Shown piece by piece: positions 15,669-26,100 of a DNA stretch of 53,973 nucleotides (position 1 is the stretch's first letter; each line of letters starts with the position of its first letter). The translations under genes were made by a program, and so were the position numbers. Below the pieces are notes generated by a model. The model was not told where the DNA came from and did not search any database. It was given only the letters and a program-made list of their open reading frames with translations. The stretch lies in the IMG/VR virus record IMGVR_UViG_3300042294_003360, positions 1 through 53,973 of that record; one strand, written 5' to 3'. This DNA comes from a virus (taxonomy: Duplodnaviria > Caudoviricetes).

Positions 15669-16277
15669 ATGATCATAGGAATCTCGGGATACATCGGATC
15701 CGGTAAGGACACGATCGCCAACATCATCAGAGACCACGACCCGAGGTGGGAGGTGGTGAAGTTCGCAGACAAGCTGAAGGAGGTGGCGGCCATCATCCTC
15801 GGTGTTCCCAGACACAACTTTGAGGACAGGGGCTACAAGCTATCCGAACTCCCTGATGAGTGGAACGTGTGGGACAAGAGGCCGACAAGCGGCGGCCATG
15901 ATGTGGAGCCGTTCTACAACAACGACCCGGTCATGCGAAGGATGACAGTTCGGGAGTTCCTTCAGAAGCTGGGTACTGACGCCATACGTACCGGCCTGCA
16001 TGAAGACACATGGGTGAACGCGACCATGGCAGGGTATGACTCCAAGCGTACGCCCCCGAACTGGATCATCACCGACGTCCGCTTCCCCAACGAATTCAAC
16101 GCCATCAAGAAGAGGGGCGGCACCATGGTCCGGGTATTCCGACACGGCATGACCAGCTCTCACATATCGGAGACCGCGCTCGATACCTACGAGCACGACA
16201 TATGCATATCGAATAAGGGCAATATCGATGATCTAGTCGATAAAGTCAGAATATCGATCCTAGAGTCGATACTATAG
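15669..16277 (+). CDS. Deoxynucleoside monophosphate kinase
   Basis: IIGISGYIGSGKDT P-loop, FADKLK, REFLQKLGTD, ITDVRFPNE, HISE. Confidence 0.9.
   Translation: MIIGISGYIGSGKDTIANIIRDHDPRWEVVKFADKLKEVAAIILGVPRHNFEDRGYKLSELPDEWNVWDKRPTSGGHDVEPFYNNDPVMRRMTVREFLQKLGTDAIRTGLHEDTWVNATMAGYDSKRTPPNWIITDVRFPNEFNAIKKRGGTMVRVFRHGMTSSHISETALDTYEHDICISNKGNIDDLVDKVRISILESIL
16221..16271. repeat. Two 22-bp palindromic repeats AATATCGAT-N5-AGTCGATA
   Basis: 16221-16242 and 16250-16271, each containing TATCGA-N8-TCGATA. Confidence 0.7.
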
Positions 16278-16324
16278 TTTTCCACACTGTTTGTCTTGAT
16301 TCATAACCTCATAACTTTACACCC

Positions 16325-16477
16325 ATGAAATGGTACTGGCACATCCCACTTGTCAACATCTTCTTCATCGAAGAGTACGCCAACTGGGCGATGGAAAACA
16401 AACAGCAGACCGGGTTCATCAACAGCATGGTGACCGACCTGCTGATTGTGATACTCACGATAATCGTAGTGGCATGA
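16325..16477 (+). CDS. 50-aa membrane protein (MKWYWHIP...)
   Basis: Follows the near-consensus box TAACTTTA (16312-16319). ATGA overlap with the next gene. Confidence 0.6.
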   Translation: MKWYWHIPLVNIFFIEEYANWAMENKQQTGFINSMVTDLLIVILTIIVVA

Positions 16478-16665
16478 TACCGGAAGAGCTAATTGATGCA
16501 TCATATTCGAATGGTGTATCAGACGGCAAGAAGATCGCCATAGATAAACTCCGGGAGCTGAACGACAGGACTCCTCCGGAGTATCTTTGGATCAAGATGC
16601 AGATCGAATCAACAATCAAACAGATACAAGATGGACATCGAGAAGACACTGGTCCCGGTAAATGA
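16474..16665 (+). CDS. Hypothetical protein (MIPEELID...)
   Basis: In-frame ATG 16474 of ORF 16330..16665. Confidence 0.6.
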   Translation: MIPEELIDASYSNGVSDGKKIAIDKLRELNDRTPPEYLWIKMQIESTIKQIQDGHREDTGPGK

Positions 16666-16960
16666 GACCAAGAAACTGTGGGACGCTGGGTTCAGGGGGG
16701 ACTGTATCGATGGGGAGCATGGCTATAACCAGCCAACCTATCAGCAGGCCCTTACATTCCTCAGGAAGAAAGGATTGTACTGCTGGGTCCAACCTAGGTT
16801 TACCCCGCACGGAGAGCCTAGGGTAGGCCAGTGGGTGATCAACATCTACAAAGGGAAGGGATCCGAAGGATCATACGTGTACGATCTAAACAAGGTCTAC
16901 AAATCAGAAACACAGGCACAGCTTGCCTGCATCCGTGAATGCATAAAACTACTCAAGTGA
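16631..16960 (+). CDS. Hypothetical protein
   Basis: 109-aa ORF. Confidence 0.75.
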   Translation: MDIEKTLVPVNETKKLWDAGFRGDCIDGEHGYNQPTYQQALTFLRKKGLYCWVQPRFTPHGEPRVGQWVINIYKGKGSEGSYVYDLNKVYKSETQAQLACIRECIKLLK

Positions 16961-17136
16961 AACAATCAATCCTCGTGGCGGTGCTGGCCACCTTCATCCT
17001 GTTCCTCGCGTTCGGGGCTGCCATGATCGTCTATGTCAAGGTCGGACCGCAGGAAGGAGCCAACACCATGTTCGGAATATCGGTTTGCATACTTCTCTGC
17101 GCCGCATACGCAGTGTACGATACCTGCAAGCGATGA
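16957..17136 (+). CDS. Small two-TM membrane protein
   Basis: GTG start overlapping the previous stop, two hydrophobic stretches. Confidence 0.65.
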   Translation: MKQSILVAVLATFILFLAFGAAMIVYVKVGPQEGANTMFGISVCILLCAAYAVYDTCKR

Positions 17137-17183
17137 ACGACGATCAGAAGCGCAGGCTGGAGGAGTTCATCAATGCGATGTGA

Positions 17184-20100
17184 TTACCTGTTCTCCTGCA
17201 TCCACTGCTTCAGACTCTCAGTCAGAGACTTAGACAGATCCACCAGTTCTCTCTTGGACTGCTCCAGCGCCATCGGGTCTGTGATATCCATTGCCTTGTC
17301 GACCTCTGCGTTGAACGACTTGTAGATCTTTGTCCCGGTGAGCTTGTTGTCCTTTGCGAACTTCCTGAACTCCAGTATGGCCGGCTCGTCAAGGCCAAGT
17401 GCAGCCTCCTTGGCTTCCTTGTCTTTCTTGTCCTTGATGTATTGCTCCAGTTCCTGCTTGACCCGGGGCGCCTCGTCGATCAGATCCCTTCCGTAGCGGG
17501 CACGTTCTGCCTTGTCCTCGATGGTGAAGTAGAACTCCACCTTGTCGTTGAATGTCTTGAACGGCTTGGAGTTTGCTACTCCCTTGCCCTTGGCAAACTT
17601 GAACAGATCCTGCAGTGACTTGGAACTGTAGGCCGAGAACTCCTTGGCAAAACCGGTATCGTTCAGACCGAACTTTGTCCTTGCGTCTATCTCTCCCAAG
17701 TTGGAAGCCTTGATCGCCAAGTTTCCGAAGTAAGAAAACTGACCCTTGATAAAGAAGTCAACCATCCTAGGGTCGGTCTCTTTGAATACAGACACAGCGC
17801 CGGATATGAACTTTCCCAAGTTGGACGCCGTAGTTGTTCCCTTTCTCTCCTCGATGTCGAGCTGGTATTCGTACGGAGATATGATGTTCTTCTCCCGGAA
17901 GAAGTCGTAGTTCGCCTGAACCTCGATGATCTTCTGGTACGGACCGGCAAGGTCTGACTCCTCGAACATGAACATGCTCTTGGCTATCGTACCCCCGAAC
18001 CCATCGAATGCCTTCTCTCTCCCGTTCACGTAGCTGAGTGCCCTGTCTATGGAGGCGGCTATCACACCTAGTTCGAACGGCTTTGGTATGGACATCCAAA
18101 CATCTCCAACCTTGAAGTTGTAGAACATGTCCCTCTGGTAGTCCAGAAGATCCTCGTATTCTTTCTCGTCATCCTCGTCAGAGTGGTTCAGATACCACAG
18201 AGCGACCTGAGGAAGTACGGTAAACAGTGCGGTCCTAGCCACGAACGATCCCGGCGATTCTGTCACCCTTTTGTACGCAGACCTCAGACCCTGCACCGCT
18301 GCGTTTGAGAACGGAACAAGCTGGTTGATCCACTTCATGTGCCTTCCTGCCACGGCAAAGTCTATCAGACTCCTAGCCTTTGAAGAGGCAAGAACCGTAG
18401 CACTTACCGGGTCCATCCCTTCCTTGATCGCCTTGTCGTATGCGTTCTTGTACTCGGCTATCCTGTTGGCGTTCTCACTCCTGTACAGGAAGTTTTGGTA
18501 CTTCGTCCAAATCTTTGGCAGGTACTCCTTCGTGGTGACTATCGTTCCGGCTTTGCTTATCTTCTGCTCTGCATCCTTGAGAAGGGAGTAGTACATCTCC
18601 TTGCTCTTGAAGTACATGCCTGAGTTAAGGGCCCCCGATCTGGCAGCCTTGTCGTGTTCATCCTTGCTGTAGACCAGTGCCCTGACCTGATCAAATAGGT
18701 TACCCTCGTTGGATATGATTATCCTGTGCTGCGTGTCCCTCACTATGTTCCTCATGGCGAACACAGGGAAGTTGGTAACCGTCCACCGAAGCATCCGGGG
18801 AAGTGCAGTAAGAAGCGGAGGCAAGTTGTACGATGCCTCGCCTATCCCCTTGATGGCATTAGCCACGTCTGTATGGAACTTCCAATACTCCGGCTTGCCA
18901 TTGACAAACACGGTAACCACGTCTTTACCCGGACCGGACACAAGGTATCCTATGTCTGACATTCTGTTGGGCTGACCCTGACCCATCATCCTAGGGTCGA
19001 CAAGCAAGTTCCTGAAGTTCAAAAGAACCTCATTCCTGTCGGCCTCCCTGTAACCCCTGTACACGTTGTCGAACATAGACACATACGGATTCTGTATGGT
19101 CTTGGTAGACCCCTGTATGGCCATCAGAACCTCATCCTTTGATCCAAGGTTCTTAGGCGATCCGAACTTCGACTCTATGATCTGACCCGGCTCAGTCTCC
19201 TGTATGCGGTTCATGGCCACATAGTGCAGGTTGTTCTGCTTGATGAACAGGTACCCCCCGATCAGATTGCCATCGGCGTCGTACTCATCGTAGGCCAGCC
19301 TGCCCTTGTCGACCATGTAACGGAGCACGGCGTCAGACATCTCCCTGTACCTCCTGACAGCCTCAACAAGCTTGTCGTAGTCTGCCCTTAACCGAATCTG
19401 ATTGATCGCCTCCTCGGCAGTCTCGAAGTCAGTAAAGATCCCACCTCCGATACCGCTAAGTATGTCGGCCCTTTTGAATCTGAAACCAAGCTCGACAGTC
19501 CTCTCTGCCACCATCAAGGCAACCATGGCGTTCATCCTATCCTTCAGCACCTCTCCGTCCATGGCAACCACCCTCCCATTGGAATTGTAGTCTGCAATCG
19601 GATCCAACAGCCAAGACACGTTCATCACATTGCCACTGTCCAGTACCCTCTCGAAGGTGCTGTCGATGAGACCGTTCTCCATCATGTCTCCGAACTTGGC
19701 ATCGAATCCGCCGAGCAGCCTAAGGAGTATCTCGGGATCGTTCTTTGGGACGATGGTGTCCATCCCACGTATGCCCATCAAGTGCTTGATGGCGTTGTCG
19801 AATATGTAGAACTCATCCAAGAACGCCGTGCCCAGCCTGTCCCAGTAGCTGATTGAGAAGTTTCCGGACTTCTTCTTCTTGAACATCTGTGCCAGTGTGC
19901 CCGGCAATTTCTCCGGATCCATCTGCACGTTGGACATAATCCTGTCAATTCCAGACATGCCGGCCCAGCCCCTTATGTCGTCAGAAAATGCCTTCAGATT
20001 TTCCCTTGTGGCGTCCGGAACGACTTGGTTGAATATCCTAGCAATGTTCGGAGCGGCAACAACCGTTGCGTCTGGGTTCACCAAGTACGCCCTCATAAAC

Positions 20101-23100
20101 TCAGCAAAGCCCTCCCCCCTTATGTAGGCCGCAGGATCAGGGTGGTTAGCCGGAGGCTTGCTGCCAAACACAGCGAACTGGTTCAGCTCGGCAACCGCAG
20201 CCTGATCGGCCTCTATTTCGGCCATCACGGAGAACTCGTCGTCTATTGAGTGACCTATCTCGTGCGCCGTGGTAGGCAGGTCGTTGTTGAAACTTATCCT
20301 TACTAGCTTCAGTGACGGGTTGTATGATCCGAGGGCCCTCTTTGATTTTCCGTAGGAAATCTTCTGATTCAGGCCCTTGGACAGATCGAACACTATGTCC
20401 TTCAGCATCTTCCTCTTTGCGCCGGGAACCGGAGCCACCGGTATGTTTCTAGGCGAAAACCGGGAACCGGAGCCACCCATGAAGCTCTCGTTGGTTATCG
20501 ATCCGCCCCACACGTCCGGGTCTGTGGCAAACAGTCTGGCAGCGATCGGCTCCATGCCAAGCCTGTCCATGAGATCCTTCTCGATCTCCTCTTGGGTCAT
20601 CCCCTTCTGCTTCTGCCCCTTCACGTAGTCGGTGACTCTGGACTTCTCCTGAGAGACTGACATCTGTATCCTAGGGTCGGTAGTTGAGAAGGCACCGACG
20701 TTTTCTGTGGCGGACTTGATTTGTGTGGGGGATTTGACCATATAAACTATCCCCGCATCACGGCTTATCCTACCTTTCATGGCCCATGTATCGCCATCTC
20801 CTATTCGTCTGCCTTGAGGCCCGCCAACAGTCATGTCAGACATGGATTCAGCCTTCAAGAAAACCGGAATCACATTTCTTCCATAGGTTGATGCCTCATC
20901 TTGACTTGTGGTAAAATAGAAACCCCTACCCCACCTACGATCCTTTTGTTTTTTTGTATCAAATGCGTCTATCGTTTCATCGGTTCCATGGTACACCACC
21001 ATGGGCTCTCCGTTCTCATCAACTATTTTACTTGCATTCATCGGGTCGGCCTCCCAGTCACCGAACCAATTCTTGAATTCGGAAGTGCGGACAGTTGCCC
21101 ACTGTGATTCTGTTAGGTTGGTGGGCTTGCCGTTGGGGGCCTTCATGTATGTGCCGGCAGCCTTGGAATCGGATATGATTCTGTCAAGGTTTCTGTTTCC
21201 GACTGATGCTTGGGTTCCCCCGATTGCTGACTCCACTTGACTGACAAACTCTGGGTTAGAACCGTCAGCCTTGGCCTTTAGATAAGCATCGGCGATTGAC
21301 TCATCAACCGAATTTCCTATCAGTTCATATGCATCCGCCAAGGTTGAAAGTTCTTGTCGCTCAAAATCCTCAACTCCTTTCCTTACCAGTGCCGCAAGTA
21401 TCTGCCTGTCCACCTCAGGCATCTCCATCGGGCTGTCATACCCGAGTCGGTTCAGACCTTCGTCATTGAAGAAGTTCCAAACCTCCATCTTACTGTTGAA
21501 TTCCTTCTGAAAGATTTCATTCTCACTCTCCTCTAAACCATTACCATCCTCATACTTGTCTTGGTTTCTCTTTTTGATTATTTCTTCAGGTGTCGACAGC
21601 CTAAGTTCAAGACCATTGTCTTCTCCAACCTTCTTCAAATCTTCCCACGAATCATAACTATCCCCCATCGCATCTTGGTAGGTTCCATCCGGCATCCTAA
21701 AGAACATCCAACCATCACCAGCTGTAACGGCAGAAGGCTCGGACATTTTTTTGAGCTCCTGTTTCTTCACGGGATCCACCCTTGACAATGACCGAACAAC
21801 CAAGCCTCTGTTCCCAGCAGAGAACTGAACCCGCGCTCCTGCCGCATCGAACAATCCCTTGACGGAGTAGGCTTGGTCTGTCCATTTCCCGTATACAGGG
21901 TTCTTCGCATACACCAATCCCCCGACCTGAATCACCTCTTCAGCCGACACTATCGGTCTTCCCATGTCGGTGTTCCTGTCGTAGAAGTAGGAATGTCGGA
22001 ACGGGTTCATACCGACCTGAACGTATGCAGGATCATCCACGATATCCTGAACTATCTTCTTGGCATTCTCAGCCTGTTCAGTCATGCTGGCACCGGGGAT
22101 GTTCTTCCATTTGCCGTATATCCTATTGATTGGAGCCTTCGCTGTTCCTGCTGCAATGGCAAGTGAAGCCTTCGGTTCTACACCGAACCTGACATCCGTT
22201 ATCCTTGCCACGTTCCTGTATGATATGGACTTTCCAGCTTTGGTGTCACCCTCATGTACGGACACAACCCAAGTGTTGTTGTTCTTGTACGCCGGTATGT
22301 CCAACCTCAAGCCTACCATCGTGCCGTCATCTATGGGACTGTTTGCCTTGAGTGCTTGATTCTTATCGAGCGCCCTGCTCACTTCATCCTCCGTTGCAGG
22401 CTCAAAGAATCTTGTGATGGGTGTAATTGGGCTGTTAGCGGATACCGTTGCACGATACTCATCGTTGGTTATCTTGCCGGTCGACAGGTCTTGTGCTGCC
22501 TTTGTCACTATGGGTGACCTTGCAGATATAGACGGGTCGCCCTTCCCTTCCGGGGACTTCTCCCAGTTTATCTGGCCAACAAGATTGCGCCCGCCGACTG
22601 ACATCTGTATCCTAGGATCTGTGGTGGAAAATGCGCCGATGTTTTCTGTGGCGGATTTGATTTGGGTGGGGTTGAATGCGACTATTTCAAATCCGGAAAT
22701 GTTATTGCTTCCTTCGAACATTATCCCGTCATATCCAAGTTCTCTCCAAGCCTTATTTACCAAGTCTATATTTTCCTCTTCTTCAGTTCGGTAATCCAAA
22801 TAAGAAATATTATTATCGCTATCCCAACTACCTCTATTTTTGCTTTCAATCTCCCATGCTTTGGTCTTTTCAACATCTTCAGATATACTAGATATGTTGC
22901 TATCTGTAATAGGTTTTTTTATGTTTAGAAAAACCTCATACATCTTCTCACCAAACTCTTTAGTGTCTTCTACATTGCTTGCAAAGTATATTCCCTCTCC
23001 CCAACCCTCTGCCTTTGAAGACATAAACGTGTCGAAACTATTACTAGAACCATGATAAACCACCATCGGCTCTCCATTCTCATCCACCACCTTACTCGCA

Positions 23101-26100
23101 TTGGCCGGATCATTCTCCCAGTCGCCGAACCAGTTCTTGAACTCGGGCGTTCGCACGGTTACCCACTGATCCTCAGTCAGATTTGTCTGCTGTCCGTTGG
23201 GGGCTTTGAGGTAGGTTCCATCTGCCTTGGCTTGGTCAATGATGAGCTGGCGGTTGCCGACGGACATCTGGACACCAACTGGCTCACCATATGTCTTGGC
23301 ACCGGAAGGTATTTGCCCGGCGGGAGCTTCAGCTTTCATCCTTCCAACCGGATAGAAAGACTGTTTTTTTGATACACCCTTCTCTCTTACTGAATCAAAT
23401 ACATCATTGGCTCCAAAATACTTTTCGCCTACCCCAATATTTTCCCCCTTGACAATAATAGGATACGATTCATGGCTTGGCATCCCATCAATAAACTCCA
23501 TGACATACCCATCACCAAGCTCCTTGCCCTTGTACTGATCAAAAATTTCCCTAGAAGATGTGTATATGATCTTGTCTGTAAAGGGTTTAACGTACTTTAT
23601 TATGTCTCCAGTTTCGGCATTCTTAAAATAGTCCTCAGATATTGCATCAGAAATTTCAGACAGGGTTGGTATCCCAAGATCGTAATGTAGGAATACGTGC
23701 GATTCTCTAGTTGACTTTGTTATTTTTGTTGGCTTGTCCTGAAGCATAAGGCTATGTATCTGATTCCTTATCCCAAAAGACATACCTGATATTACATTTT
23801 TATACAGGTCTTGAATAGTCCGAACGGGCTTCATTTTTTCCTTAGCCCTGTCGATTGCGGATATGTCAGAGCTGTTCGTTATGGACGATCTTAGAGCATC
23901 AAGCGTATCTGAAAATATACTTACAACCCTCTTAATATCCTTACTGTTCCTGACTGATATTTGGAACTGACCGGAAGGGCCCCAGAGTATATCTCTTGTA
24001 GTTATGTTTCCCAAATGTGCAGTAAGAGGATTTTGCATAGCAACTCCCATTGCAGAATCTGGGTAAAGCCTAGCGCGATTAACAAGCTGTATTGCACTTG
24101 CGACATTTGTAAAGGCAAGAAGAGACTTGGTATTGATAGCCTCCTCCTGATATGAATAACCAAACCCTCCCATTCCTTTTGCGCTAGACACCAAGTTTGG
24201 GCGAAGCCTGTTTTTAAGTTGTATGCCACCAACCTTTGTGTTGTCGTAGAATACAATTCTTGATATGCTATACTTAGATATTTCTTCCGGGCTGACCATT
24301 TTATCCCTAGTCAACCATCCACCATCAGATGGAGAAGAAGCTCCCTCTCCGACCTTTAATTGTACAGCTGTATCAAAGTCAACCGATCCATCTGGATTGG
24401 GTGAGTTGGCCGCAGAATTGTATGCGACATTTGAAAACTCCATCACATTCTCCGCCCCAACAATCTCAGATATGTCCCTTCCCGTTTTCAGTGCGTCTGC
24501 CACATCGGATGCCACCCTCTTGAATTCGGCAAGGTCCGTGTTTTTCAGGATGGGCTTAATGCCCAAGATGGCCGCAATCTTGTTTACGAAGTCTATGATT
24601 GTCTGCCTGAATCCAGTGTCTAGTGTAGATGGGTCGATCATCCCGGCGCCAATCCTTGCAACGGTCTCAACCATCGCCTCACCAAACTGCTCCTGTTCGC
24701 TCTTGCCCTCGTATCCTGCTTTGGCCCAAAGAACAGCCCTGTTGATCTGAACATTTTTCTTTGCAGCTTCCTGCATCCCGCGAATTACCCTATCATACAG
24801 AGGGCGATTCGTGTTCATAAGTATGTTCATAACAGGGTGGGCAGCCTCGTGCCACACAACAATCTTGGCGTCTATCGCGGTCTTCAGCCTTGCTTTGTTT
24901 ATGTATACCTTGCCGAGGTGAGACACGAATGCACCTTCTGCAGGCTTTCCGACAAGACGAGTCATCTCCGCGTCATCCTCCACAACCTGATACTCAATGG
25001 CCGTAGACGCAAGCGACTGAGACACCAGCGGTATCGTCTGCTCAAGCGTACGGTCTATGTCACTCCCGAACTGCTGGGCTTCCGCCTGTGATTCCCCGAT
25101 CTCGGCCCTAAGCGGATCAACCTTGCCGGAATACTCTCGCTCAATATCAGCTATGCGCTGCTGCTTCTGGTCTTCCGGTATGTCCTCCTGATTGACAGCC
25201 TCAATGTCTGCAAGTCTCTGATCGGACAGGTTGGCTATCTGGCGCCGGACCTCCCTCACTCTCCCCTCGCGGCTGACAGTGCGATCGCCAGCATCTGCTT
25301 GCGCGACCGGGGTTTGCCCGACGCCCCCCTCTCCTTGCCCGACTTCTGGTTGTCCTTCTTGAGCTCGCTCAGGTTGTACGACACCGCCTCCTGCACCGCC
25401 TTCTTGCTGCTGCCTGATGTTTTCTTTAATGGCATCTTCCATTTGTTTTTTCTCCCGAGTTGCTTGCTCAGGTGTTAACGCCCTGTAGTTACTGTCTATG
25501 AATACCTCCCTGTTCAGTATCTGCTTTCGGAGGTTCTCGCTTTCCTTGATCCTAGACTGCAGCTGAGACTTCAGTGCCGCGTCTTGGGTTGTGTTCATCT
25601 GCTGCATCAACAGCTTCTCGTTCGCCAGTGCGATGCTGTACTTCTGTGCAGCCCTTCCCCGGATGCCGGTATCGCGCATGATATAATCCATGTCGACAGC
25701 GTTCGTCTGTGACACCACGTCAACCACACGCATCTTTTCTACGGCCTCCTGAGTGGTCATGTTGCCGGCAAGAACCTGAGCGTTGATCAGAGACTTGACC
25801 GACTCGGTCATTCCCTTGGTAACGCCGAGCTGTGAGAGGGCTGGTATACCAACATTGTTTGCCCTGTACCTTCCGGCTCCGGCAAATGCAGCCACCAGCC
25901 ATCCGTCAGAGAACATCATGGCGGCAGTATCGACAGCGTCCTTGACGGCCTCTGACATCTCGAACTTGGCAGGAGCCAACAGCAACTTTGCGGTGCTGGT
26001 ACCTACGCTCGTAGCTACCTCTTCGGTCGTCTCCTTGAGATTCTCTATTCCGGTAAGCTTGACAAACTCGAACCCTGCCTTTACTATGTCCTTGACCTTG

